From: an uncultured Gammaproteobacteria bacterium
GTDB taxonomy: Bacteria > Patescibacteriota > Patescibacteriia > UBA9934 > GWF2-40-263
Direction of reading: 5' to 3'
NCBI GenBank assembly: GCA_964616135.1
Contig: CAZTTQ010000001.1
Location: 43,875-107,874 of the forward strand
Length of the DNA: 64,000 bases
Part shown: positions 8,960 through 17,631 of the stretch, one piece after another
Numbering within the stretch: position 1 is the stretch's first letter
How the letters are laid out: each line of letters starts with the position of its first letter
Made by a program: the position numbers and the translations under genes
Notes under the pieces: model-generated
What the model was told of the DNA's origin: nothing
The model's input: only the letters and a program-made list of their open reading frames with translations
The model's database searches: none

Positions 8960-9859
8960 TTATGGCGTGTCGCGGGGATCGGGCTCCGTCCCGCAGAGGA
9001 TGTACCGGTTGCCGGCCAGCACGTCGAACGCCGTTTCAGAGAGGATGATCCTCTTACCGGTGGTTAGCCCGTACGCTTCGGTCCGGGAGACCACGAGGCT
9101 CGTGGCCCAGCCGTTGAAGCCGTGGGCATTCCGGCAGACGTTCATGTCGCCGGAGAGGCCAGTGTTGAGCTGGCTCGTCCCTCCCTTTGGGACGAACATC
9201 CGGATGGGGATTTGCGCGTCCGCGTTCACCGCTCCGTCGGCGGAGGCGTGGTACGCCACGTTGCCTTCGTCGGTGTAGTACACGTGACTGGCCGTGATCC
9301 AGCTCGCCCAGTCGCCCTGGAGGCCGAGGCTGCCCAGGCCGAGCGCGACCTTGGTGACCACGAAGTCTTCTCCGACCGCGTGGAACACGAACCCGCTCGT
9401 CTCCGCCCAGCTACCATCGGTTGCCGGAGCGTATTCGACGCGCTCGGTGCCGGCGAGGGTCACGTACACGCGGCTGGTGGCCGCGATGCGGGAGAGCTCG
9501 TCGCCGCCGACCGCCGTGCAGGTGCCGTCCGACTGCAGGACGTTGCCGGCGGCGCAAGGGAACTTCCACGCCGGCGTGCACGACCCATCCTCGTGGAGAA
9601 GATCTTCGTCCCCGCAAGGGAACACCCAGGGTGTCTCGGGGTCGGCCGGCGGGACGCAGGTTCCGTCGGACGCCTCGAGCATGCCGCGGGCGCAGTGCTT
9701 CTCCCGGGCGACCAGGTCGTCCGGATCGGCGCAGACGCCGAGGGACGTGAGCACTTCGCCGGCCCTGCAGGGGAACTTCCACGCCGCGGTGTCGCCGCAG
9801 GCGGAGAGGGTCGCCGCAAGCAGGATTGCCGCGGCGTAGAACGACGTGTGGATGCGCAA
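8960..9859 (-). CDS. secreted lipoprotein, paralog 3 (299 aa) with three internal W-[KV]-F-P-C...G.C repeats
   Basis: The signal peptide ends in the lipobox LSAC. The apparent start codon is TTG, directly after the conserved leader with GGAGGCGCG. Three ~35-aa repeats (WKFPCRAGEVL, WVFPCGDEDLL, WKFPCAAGNVL) are visible. Confidence 0.7.
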   Translation of the reverse strand: MRIHTSFYAAAILLAATLSACGDTAAWKFPCRAGEVLTSLGVCADPDDLVAREKHCARGMLEASDGTCVPPADPETPWVFPCGDEDLLHEDGSCTPAWKFPCAAGNVLQSDGTCTAVGGDELSRIAATSRVYVTLAGTERVEYAPATDGSWAETSGFVFHAVGEDFVVTKVALGLGSLGLQGDWASWITASHVYYTDEGNVAYHASADGAVNADAQIPIRMFVPKGGTSQLNTGLSGDMNVCRNAHGFNGWATSLVVSRTEAYGLTTGKRIILSETAFDVLAGNRYILCGTEPDPRDTP

Positions 9860-9925
9860 CGCGCCTCCGATGTCCCCGGGATGGGGACGGTTTTGGCCCT
9901 TTCAATGGGGCCGAGTTGCGAGAGA
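9860..9925 (-). promoter_or_regulatory. conserved structured 5' leader (copy 3)
   Basis: GGCCCCAUUGAAAGGGCC and GUCCCCAUCCCGGGGAC hairpins then GGAGG; near-identical to copies at 7280 and 10383. Confidence 0.5.
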
Positions 9926-9973
9926 GCTGGAGCTGGTCAAGGCTCGCGAGGGATTCGTGAGCTTTGTGCAGCG

Positions 9974-10004
9974 CCCGACGCGGAGAGAGTCTCTCGCGTC
10001 GGGG
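9974..10004. other. strong near-perfect palindrome (cccgacgcggagaga g tctctcgcgtcgggg) between paralogs 4 and 3, no T-tract
   Basis: ~15-bp stem read directly; may be a processing/stability element or partial terminator; no clear promoter for paralog 3 downstream of it. Confidence 0.4.
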
Positions 10005-10016
10005 AAAGAGAATGGG

Positions 10017-10382
10017 TCACTTCGGAGGGATGACACCTTGGATGTCGTAGTCCATTATGGCGTCGCACTGCAGCTGGTCCTGCATATTGTGACCGCAGAA
10101 GTCGGCGGATGGGTCGTGGGTGACCACGATCGGTGCAATAGGTACGGGGTCTATGTGGAAGAAGAAGATCGGCGGATCCATCTCCTGAGCCATCTTGATT
10201 ACCGGCCCGGGCGGGCAGGAGCGGGGGTCGTTCGCCTCGGTGTCGTCGGCACAGACGTACACCTTTTCCGTCTGGACCACGACCTTCTCAGTCGTGACAG
10301 TGACGATCTCCGACTCGCAGGCCGCGATCAGGTTCGCCAGGGCCAGGATGGCCGCGGCGCAGAACGTGGTGTAAGCGCGCAA
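10017..10382 (-). CDS. small secreted lipoprotein, paralog 4 (121 aa)
   Basis: Signal peptide + lipobox (IAAC); TTG start after conserved leader GGAGGCGCT; Cys-containing. Confidence 0.65.
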   Translation of the reverse strand: MRAYTTFCAAAILALANLIAACESEIVTVTTEKVVVQTEKVYVCADDTEANDPRSCPPGPVIKMAQEMDPPIFFFHIDPVPIAPIVVTHDPSADFCGHNMQDQLQCDAIMDYDIQGVIPPK

Positions 10383-10450
10383 AGCGCCTCCGATGTCCCC
10401 GGGATGGGGACGGTTTTGGCCCTTTCAAGGGGGCCTGGTTGGGAACGTGC
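10383..10450 (-). promoter_or_regulatory. conserved structured 5' leader (copy 4)
   Basis: Same two-hairpin sequence as copies 1 and 3. Confidence 0.5.
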
Positions 10451-10542
10451 TCTTTTGGGCGAGAAGCCCGTACTTAGTGACGTTTCCTAGGCAGAAACAC
10501 TCAATAAATACGGGCCTTCCTCCCTGATCAATTCGAGGGAAA

Positions 10543-10571
10543 ACTATAGCACTTTTTGGCCCGTTTGTCAA
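10543..10571 (-). promoter_or_regulatory. sigma70-type promoter TTGACA-N17-TATAGT (minus strand) heading the lipoprotein array
   Basis: Consensus -35/-10 with 17-nt spacer; flanking sequence ccgtttgtcaatcgt matches the cassette. Confidence 0.55.
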
Positions 10572-10586
10572 TCGTGCCAGGGCAAC

Positions 10587-10619
10587 GAAAAACCCACCCG
10601 TGGAATGGGTGGGTTTTTA
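10587..10619. terminator. bidirectional terminator (aaaaa cccaccc gtggaat gggtggg ttttt)
   Basis: Perfect 7-bp GC stem flanked by A5 and T5; downstream of peroxiredoxin stop. Confidence 0.7.
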
Positions 10620-10627
10620 CGTTCGAT

Positions 10628-11179
<552 letters not shown>

Positions 11180-11190
11180 ATCAAGAGAGA

Positions 11191-11814
11191 TTACAGAGAA
11201 ATGGTTCTGGCTTTTAGGTAGAGTTCTTCTGCTCTTGCCCAGTTGAAGTTCTTCCAGAACGCGGCGATGTAAGCCGCCTTGTCCGCGCCGTAGTCCAGGA
11301 AGTACGCGTGTTCGTAGCAATCCATCACGATGACCGGGACACAGCCCCAGACGCCGCCTTGGTTGTGCGCGTCGCCGTTGTACTGCTTCAGCCGGCCGGC
11401 CTTCAAGTCCCAGCAGACGACGCTCCAGCCGCGCGACGCCATGCCGCAGGCGGAGAGATACGCGAGCGCGTTTTCCACGGAGCCCCATTTTTCGGCCAGG
11501 GCTTTGGAGAGTTCCGGCGCCGCGGCGACGTTGCCGTCCCCGCCTAAGACGTCAAAGTACCACTCGTGCAGGTAGACGCCGTTGACGGCGAAGGTCTCCG
11601 CGTCTTTTAGCGAACGCAGGTCCGAATAGGTGGCGTTGCCGGTGGCGGTGCCAGAGAGCGCCAGTTCTTTCAGCTTTTCGCTTACTTCTTTCAACTTATT
11701 CACGTAGCCGACGTACAGCTTGTCATGGTGGATCTCCACCGTCTTTTTTGAAATGCCGTCCAATTCCTTGGAAAAGGGAAGTGGGTGCGCTTGAACGTCC
11801 GCGTGGGAAGCCAT
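11191..11814 (-). CDS. Fe/Mn superoxide dismutase
   Basis: The product is 207 aa with SOD metal-ligand motifs (H...H, DxWEHAYY-like DCYEHAYFLDY); it lies 11 nt upstream of the peroxiredoxin on the same strand. Confidence 0.9.
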   Translation of the reverse strand: MASHADVQAHPLPFSKELDGISKKTVEIHHDKLYVGYVNKLKEVSEKLKELALSGTATGNATYSDLRSLKDAETFAVNGVYLHEWYFDVLGGDGNVAAAPELSKALAEKWGSVENALAYLSACGMASRGWSVVCWDLKAGRLKQYNGDAHNQGGVWGCVPVIVMDCYEHAYFLDYGADKAAYIAAFWKNFNWARAEELYLKARTISL

Positions 11815-11883
11815 AGGAAGCTTCTGGCATCTAGCTGTTAGCTTCTAGCCAGAATCCAGCTGCCACCGTATTCTAGCAGCGTT

Positions 11884-12957
11884 ATGTCATCACGCAACCA
11901 GCGGATCCTGCTTGTGACGGCGGCGGCGGCCCTCTCGGTCGGGGCCGTGGTTTTGCAATACCGTTCGTATCCGACGCCGCCGTTGGGCGTCGCGGGAGCT
12001 GCCGTCTCCAAATCGGACATTCTGCCGTCCGGTCCCGGACCAAACGGGATGCCGGCATTGGAAGACCCGTCGTTCGAATCCGTGCGCGCCGCGGACCAGT
12101 ACCTGAAGGACGACGGCTACGGCGTGGACGTGGAAGTCGGAGGCAAGCGCCGGTTCTACCCGTACCAAGTGTTGGTGTGGCACGCGGTGGCCAATGACGC
12201 GTTCGGGGGAGAAGAATTGGCCGTGACGTTCTGCCCTTTATGCCAAGGAGCCGCCGTGTACCGCCGCGCCATCGGCGGCAAGGACGCCGTGTTCGTCTCC
12301 GCGGGGAGCACGTGGAACGGCAATACGGTGTTGGTGGACCGTGAAAGCGGGTCGCTATGGCTGCAGGCGTCCGGGGAATCCATCGACGGCGCGCTCAAGG
12401 GGCGTCGCCTGGAGACGTACCCGTTCCGCGTCGTCGCATGGAAACGCTGGAAGGCCGCCTATCCGGACGGCCAGGTTCTTTCCCGCGTCACCGGCGTTGA
12501 TCGTGACTACACGCTGGACCCGGCGCTGACGTATGCGGCCGGCCAGTCCCTGCCGTTTCCCTCCGCCCGCGTGGACGCTCGGGAATCCGCCAAGACGCCC
12601 GTGGTCGGGTTGGAGGCGGGAGACGCGCACGTGGCGTACAACGTCGCGGATGTGTCGCGCCTGGGCGTCGTGAACGACGTCGTCGGGGACGTGCCGGCCA
12701 GCGTCTGGTTTGACGCTGACGCGGGCACCGCCGCCGCGTTCGACCGCCGGTTGTCCGACGGTCGCACGCTGACCTTCGTCCAGCGTTCCGGCGGCACCAT
12801 TGAAGACAAGGAAACCGGCTCCGCGTGGCGTCGGGACGGAAAAGCCGTCGCCGGCGCGCTTAAGGGCCGCACGCTTACGCCATTGTCCCTCCGTCCCATG
12901 TTCTGGTCCTGCTGGGCGGGTGCGTTTCCAGGAACTAACCTCTACGAACTTCCGTAA
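11884..12957 (+). CDS. DUF3179-family protein (FCPLC motif, N-terminal TM)
   Basis: Recalled similarity to DUF3179 proteins; signal/TM segment then conserved CPLC. Confidence 0.5.
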   Translation: MSSRNQRILLVTAAAALSVGAVVLQYRSYPTPPLGVAGAAVSKSDILPSGPGPNGMPALEDPSFESVRAADQYLKDDGYGVDVEVGGKRRFYPYQVLVWHAVANDAFGGEELAVTFCPLCQGAAVYRRAIGGKDAVFVSAGSTWNGNTVLVDRESGSLWLQASGESIDGALKGRRLETYPFRVVAWKRWKAAYPDGQVLSRVTGVDRDYTLDPALTYAAGQSLPFPSARVDARESAKTPVVGLEAGDAHVAYNVADVSRLGVVNDVVGDVPASVWFDADAGTAAAFDRRLSDGRTLTFVQRSGGTIEDKETGSAWRRDGKAVAGALKGRTLTPLSLRPMFWSCWAGAFPGTNLYELP

Positions 12958-12959
12958 GT

Positions 12960-13637
12960 ATGCCGGGTATCCTGTACGTCGTCGCCACGCCGATCGGCAA
13001 CCTGTCGGACGCCTCGCCGCGGTCGCATGAGATTTTGCGTTCCGTGGACGCCATTGCCTGTGAAGATACGCGCGTGACGTCCAAGTTATTGGCCGCCGCG
13101 GGGATTTCCCGCACGCTTATCGCCTACCACCAGCACTCGGACGACAGCCGCGTGCAGGACATTTTGGCGGAGCTGGAAGAAGGAAAGAACATCGCGTTGG
13201 TCACCGACGCCGGCACTCCCGCCATTTCGGACCCGGGCGGCATGCTGGTCCGGGACGTGGTGGAAGCGTTCGGCGCGGAGGCCAAGATCGTCCCGATCCC
13301 GGGGCCTTCCGCCTGCATCGCCGCCTTGTCCATTGCCGGGTTCCCGGCGGACCGGTTCGTCTTCCTTGGATTCCCTCCGCACAAGAAGGGGCGCAACACG
13401 TGGTTCAAGGAAATGGCCGGACGTCCGGAGACGGTGGTGTTTTACGAAAGCACGCACCGGATTGAAAAGACGTTGGAGCAACTGGCTGAAGTAGCTCCGT
13501 CCCGTCCGTTGGTCGTCTGTCGCGAGTTAACCAAGATGTACGAAACCACGTATCGCGGAACAGCCGTGGAAGTCATGGCGGCCCTGAAGGCCTCCAGCGA
13601 CAAAGGGGAGTTCGTAATTGTCGTCGGGCCCGTATGA
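12960..13637 (+). CDS. rsmI: 16S rRNA (cytidine1402-2'-O)-methyltransferase
   Basis: Tetrapyrrole-methylase fold motifs (ATPIGNLSD, ACEDTR, SDAGTPAISDPG). Confidence 0.85.
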   Translation: MPGILYVVATPIGNLSDASPRSHEILRSVDAIACEDTRVTSKLLAAAGISRTLIAYHQHSDDSRVQDILAELEEGKNIALVTDAGTPAISDPGGMLVRDVVEAFGAEAKIVPIPGPSACIAALSIAGFPADRFVFLGFPPHKKGRNTWFKEMAGRPETVVFYESTHRIEKTLEQLAEVAPSRPLVVCRELTKMYETTYRGTAVEVMAALKASSDKGEFVIVVGPV

Positions 13638-14239
13638 ATAAGATCATCCTGATCGGCGGTTCGCCGACAGCGGGGAAAACCCACGCCGCGAAAGCGCTGG
13701 CCAAGGAACGCAACCTGCCGTGGATGTCCACGGACACGGTGCGCGAGCAGATGCGTGCGCTGGTGAAGCCCGCGGAGTACCCGGCCCTGTTCCGCTTCGC
13801 GGACGAAACGTCGGGCACAGCCGCGGAAGTCCTCACCGGCAACACGCCGGCCCAGATGGTCGCGCATGAAAAGGCCGAGGGGGAGGAAGTGTGGCGCGGC
13901 GTGAAGGCGCTGATTGAAACCGATTACGCGTGGGGCGACTTCATCATGGAAGGCGTCGCCATTCTCCCGCACCTCGTCGCGGAGTTGTCGGTGCCGGATA
14001 AGGAAATCAAGGCCGTGTTCTTGATCGATGAGGATGAGGCGCGCGTACGTAACACGATCTTCACCCGCGGGCTCTGGGACGAAGCGCACAAGTACCCCGA
14101 CGCTGTGAAGGAATTGGAAGTCGCGTGGATCTTGGCGTTCAATGCGTGGATCAAGAAGGAAGCGCAGGCGTACGGTTTCCCGGTCATCTCCGTGAACCGC
14201 ACGGACCATTTGGAAGAATTGAAGCGCCTTACGGCGTAG
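13634..14239 (+). CDS. P-loop NTPase/kinase family protein
   Basis: Walker A GGSPTAGKT near N-terminus; overlaps rsmI stop by 4 nt (ATGA). Confidence 0.55.
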   Translation: MNKIILIGGSPTAGKTHAAKALAKERNLPWMSTDTVREQMRALVKPAEYPALFRFADETSGTAAEVLTGNTPAQMVAHEKAEGEEVWRGVKALIETDYAWGDFIMEGVAILPHLVAELSVPDKEIKAVFLIDEDEARVRNTIFTRGLWDEAHKYPDAVKELEVAWILAFNAWIKKEAQAYGFPVISVNRTDHLEELKRLTA

Positions 14240-14242
14240 AAA

Positions 14243-14271
14243 GCCCCGCCTCCGGGCGGTCTTTCTTTTTG
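14243..14271 (+). terminator. intrinsic terminator (ccgcc tccg ggcgg + TCTTTCTTTTT)
   Basis: Hairpin + T-tract directly after stop at 14239. Confidence 0.6.
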
Positions 14272-14280
14272 GCTGCAGGA

Positions 14281-14309
14281 TTGACACGCGACCGTTTTTG
14301 CCCTAGAGT
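14281..14309 (+). promoter_or_regulatory. sigma70-type promoter TTGACA-N17-TAGAGT
   Basis: Exact -35, 17-nt spacer, good -10, ~55 nt upstream of ATG 14367. Confidence 0.6.
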
Positions 14310-14311
14310 GT

Positions 14312-14350
14312 CCCCCTTGCGATCCCGTCGGGTTGCAAGGGGGTTTTCGG
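14312..14350 (+). promoter_or_regulatory. leader hairpin cccccttgc...gcaaggggg followed by TTTTCGG (attenuator-like) upstream of SD AAAGGAG
   Basis: 9-bp stem + U-run located between promoter and RBS. Confidence 0.4.
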
Positions 14351-14366
14351 ACCCAAAGGAGATGCT

Positions 14367-14927
14367 ATGGACCTGCTTGCCGTCGCCCCCACCGTCGCCT
14401 GGGGCGCGTTCATCGCCTACGTTCTCGACTTGGTGACCAAGAGGCCGGACCGCGAGTGGGAGACGTTCGCCCGCTACGCCCCGGTTCGGTGGTTCGTTTC
14501 ACCGGAAGGCCGCCAGATCGGCTGGTGGGCCGGAGCGTTCCTGCTCCTGTGCGCCGTCGCGAGCGCCTGGCAGCGGCCGGTCGAAGCCCTGATCGGCTTC
14601 GTCCTGTACGCCGTGACCTTCGGCCAGACCCGCTGGCCGTGGCGCAAGAAGCAGGCGGACGACCCGCTCGGGCGCTCCGCCTTCACCCTGGGCCTGCGCG
14701 TCGCCGCCGACACGTTCGAGACCCTCGAGCGCCGTCTCGGCAACCGCGCCAAGACCGCGAACGTCACCGGCATACGCTTCCAGTCCGGCATCCTCACGGT
14801 CTACGTGCGGGAAGCCGACCCGGTGCTCGAGTCCTTCGTCAAGGACTACGTCCGCGATCGGCGGCCCGACCTGCCGACCTACGTGGTCGAGGACCGCCCG
14901 CCGGATCCCGACCCGAACGTCATGTAA
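14367..14927 (+). CDS. hypothetical membrane protein
   Basis: High GC3, TM segments, SD AAAGGAG; overlapping minus ORF 14499..15323 looks antisense. Confidence 0.55.
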   Translation: MDLLAVAPTVAWGAFIAYVLDLVTKRPDREWETFARYAPVRWFVSPEGRQIGWWAGAFLLLCAVASAWQRPVEALIGFVLYAVTFGQTRWPWRKKQADDPLGRSAFTLGLRVAADTFETLERRLGNRAKTANVTGIRFQSGILTVYVREADPVLESFVKDYVRDRRPDLPTYVVEDRPPDPDPNVM

Positions 14928-14933
14928 TCCTCG

Positions 14934-14963
14934 CCGCCCCGCGCTTCGGGGTGGTTTTTTTAT
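14934..14963 (+). terminator. intrinsic terminator (ccccg cgctt cgggg + TGGTTTTTTTA)
   Basis: Hairpin + T7 right after stop. Confidence 0.65.
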
Positions 14964-14990
14964 TGGTTTTGCGGTAGGATTCACGCATCT

Positions 14991-15542
14991 ATGGATTCCA
15001 CATCGCCCGTTACGTTCGAAGAAACGATTGATTGGAAGGTGGCGTTCTACGTCTATTTGGCCATTGCTGTCATTGTCTTGGCGGGTCGTATCCTTATGGC
15101 TTTCGTCGAAGGTCTCGCTGGGTTCGGGGAGATCGCGGGGTTTGCGGTGGTCATCGCGTTTCTCTCGGTCTGCGGATACTGGTGGTTCCGCGAACGCCAT
15201 ACGACCATCCGTGTAGACCAGACCGGTCTCACTGTCACGGACATAAGCGGCGCCAAGCACATTCCGTTCAACCAGATTCGCTCGGTCCGTCTTGCGCGTA
15301 TCGGCATCGCTCGGCATGGCCACTACGCGTATCTCAGAGAGGCGACGGATTTTAAGACGAATATTCTTAGTTTGCAGCCACGCGTCAATGTGATGTATCG
15401 CAATCCGGGAATGTTCTTTACCTTGAAGCGGGGTGGGCCGAATGCGGTTTTATTGGACATTGGCGCGGATAAGCCTCAAGCCATTCCCTGTAAACGTATC
15501 GATGAACTGCTGACGGCAATCCAATCCGGTCTGTCCCGTTGA
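14991..15542 (+). CDS. hypothetical membrane protein with PH-like (bPH/DUF304-like) C-terminal region
   Basis: Two N-terminal TM helices; lower GC3/atypical codon usage versus neighbours. Confidence 0.5.
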   Translation: MDSTSPVTFEETIDWKVAFYVYLAIAVIVLAGRILMAFVEGLAGFGEIAGFAVVIAFLSVCGYWWFRERHTTIRVDQTGLTVTDISGAKHIPFNQIRSVRLARIGIARHGHYAYLREATDFKTNILSLQPRVNVMYRNPGMFFTLKRGGPNAVLLDIGADKPQAIPCKRIDELLTAIQSGLSR

Positions 15543-15545
15543 CCT

Positions 15546-17051
15546 ATGTCCAAGTATTACCTGACCACCACTTTGCCGTACGTGAACGCCGACCCGCACG
15601 TCGGGTTCGCGCTGGAAATCGTCCAGGCTGACGCGTTGGCCCGCTACCGCCGCCTATTGGGGGACGAAGTCGTCTTCAACACCGGTACGGACGAACACGG
15701 CCAGAAGATTTACGAGAAGGCCTTGGAAGCGAAGCTGGATCCCAAAACGTATTGCGACGGGTACGCCAAAAAGTTCGAAGAGCTCAAAGGAGCCCTCAAT
15801 TTGACGTACACGCACTTCATTCGCACGACGGACGAAAAGCACATCGCCGCCGCCCAGGAATTCTGGCGCCGCTGCGACGCCGCGGGCGACATCTACAAAA
15901 AGGCCTACCAGACCAAGTACTGCGTCGGCTGCGAATTGGAAAAGACGGACTCGGAACTGGTCGAAGGGAAGTGCCCGGTCCACCCCAAGCTGACGGTGGA
16001 ACTGCGCGACGAGGAAAACTACTTCTTCCGTTGGTCGAAATACGAGGGCGCGCTGAAGGTACATTTCGCCGCGCACCCGGACTTTGTCGTGCCGTCCGGC
16101 CGCTTCAACGAAATCAAGTCGTTCTTGGAAGGCGGCCTGCAGGACTTCAGCATTTCGCGCCTGAAATCGAAAATGCCGTGGGGGATTGAAGTCCCGACGG
16201 ATCCGGACCACGTCATGTACGTGTGGTTCGACGCGCTCGTGAATTACATCTCCACGCTCGGTTGGCCGAACAAGGGCTCCGAGTTCGACCAGTTTTGGCC
16301 CGGCACGCAGGTCGCTGGGAAAGACAACCTGCGCCAGCAGTCCGCCATGTGGCAGGGCATGCTGCTGTCCGCCGGCGTTCCGCTGTCCAAGCAGATTTTC
16401 ATCCACGGCTTCATCACGGCCGAAGGGCAGAAGATGTCGAAGTCCTTGGGTAACGTGGTGAACCCGTACGACCTGGTGAACCAGTACGGCACGGACGCGA
16501 CGCGCTACTACCTGTTGGGCGCGCTTCCTTCCCACAGCGACGGGGATTTCTCCAAGAAGATTTTCGAAGACACGTACCTGGCGCGTTTGGCGAACGGCAT
16601 TGGCAACCTGGCCGCGCGCGTGACGACCATGGCCGGCAAGTTCTGCGACGGCAAGGTTCCGGCGCCGTCCACGGACCGCTTCGGCACCGCCGCCGCGTGG
16701 AAGAATTATGACGCCGCGCTGTCCCACTTCCGCTTTGACGACGCGGTGAAGGCGGCCGAGGAACTGATTACGGCCTGCAACCAGTCCATTGACGTAGAGG
16801 CGCCGTGGAAAAAGGCCAAGGCGGGAGAAGACGTGTCCCCGTTCATGTACCAGCTGCTGGAGGCGCTGCGCCACGCGGGCATGATGCTGCTGCCGGTCAT
16901 TCCGGCCGCCGCGGAGAAACTGTTGGCCCAGCTCGGCGTGGACGCCGCCAAGGTCTCGTTACCGAAGGACGCCGCCTGGGGCGGCCTGAAGCAGGGAACC
17001 GCCGTGCAAAGCGGCGTGATCCTGTTCCCGCGTTTGGAAACTAAGTCCTAA
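15546..17051 (+). CDS. metG: methionyl-tRNA synthetase (short form lacking C-terminal tRNA-binding domain)
   Basis: Class I motifs: PYVNADPHVGF (HIGH variant) and KMSKSLGN. Confidence 0.9.
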   Translation: MSKYYLTTTLPYVNADPHVGFALEIVQADALARYRRLLGDEVVFNTGTDEHGQKIYEKALEAKLDPKTYCDGYAKKFEELKGALNLTYTHFIRTTDEKHIAAAQEFWRRCDAAGDIYKKAYQTKYCVGCELEKTDSELVEGKCPVHPKLTVELRDEENYFFRWSKYEGALKVHFAAHPDFVVPSGRFNEIKSFLEGGLQDFSISRLKSKMPWGIEVPTDPDHVMYVWFDALVNYISTLGWPNKGSEFDQFWPGTQVAGKDNLRQQSAMWQGMLLSAGVPLSKQIFIHGFITAEGQKMSKSLGNVVNPYDLVNQYGTDATRYYLLGALPSHSDGDFSKKIFEDTYLARLANGIGNLAARVTTMAGKFCDGKVPAPSTDRFGTAAAWKNYDAALSHFRFDDAVKAAEELITACNQSIDVEAPWKKAKAGEDVSPFMYQLLEALRHAGMMLLPVIPAAAEKLLAQLGVDAAKVSLPKDAAWGGLKQGTAVQSGVILFPRLETKS

Positions 17052-17054
17052 ACT

Positions 17055-17127
17055 CGTCATTGCGAGCCGAAGGCGAAGCAATCCTCTCAGAAAAGATTGC
17101 TTCGTCACTCCGTTCCTCGCAATGACG
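17055..17127. other. nested inverted repeats (12-bp outer cgtcattgcgag/ctcgcaatgacg; 9-bp inner gaagcaatc/gattgcttc) in metG-cvpA gap
   Basis: Perfect IRs read directly; ends 8 nt before cvpA ATG; no T-tract. Confidence 0.4.
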
Positions 17128-17134
17128 GACACAT

Positions 17135-17629
17135 ATGCCCTGGATCGACATTGGTCTGCTCGTACTCATCGTCGGGTTCACCCTTGTCGGTTTTTGGTTG
17201 GGGTTCGTCCAGATGATGGGGAACCTACTGGGCACGTTCCTGGGCATCACGGTCGCGGGGCGCCTGGTGGATCCGGTCATGACGTGGATGCACAGCGACA
17301 GCGGGTGGACGCGCGTCATTGTCTTCATCGTCGCGTACTCCATCGTCTCGCGTGTCTTCGACGTCGTCTTCTGGTTCGTCCGCAAGACGTTCGGCGTGAT
17401 TTCCTGGCTGCCGCTCGCGGGTTTGGCGAACCGCATGGTCGGCGCGGTGCTCGGTTTGGCCGAAGGGATCATTGCCATCGGCGCGGCACTGTTCGTCGCG
17501 TCCGCGTTCGTCCCCGAACCCACGTTGCAGGCCTGGCTCGCGACGTCGTCCGTCGCCTGGGCGCTCCTGGCCATCATGCAGCTCTTCAAATTCCTTCTTC
17601 CCGAGGCCATCCGCCTTCTGAACCGGTAA
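17135..17629 (+). CDS. cvpA: CvpA family membrane protein (colicin V production protein-like)
   Basis: 164-aa 4-TM protein with CvpA-like organisation. Confidence 0.65.
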   Translation: MPWIDIGLLVLIVGFTLVGFWLGFVQMMGNLLGTFLGITVAGRLVDPVMTWMHSDSGWTRVIVFIVAYSIVSRVFDVVFWFVRKTFGVISWLPLAGLANRMVGAVLGLAEGIIAIGAALFVASAFVPEPTLQAWLATSSVAWALLAIMQLFKFLLPEAIRLLNR

Positions 17630-17631
17630 GT

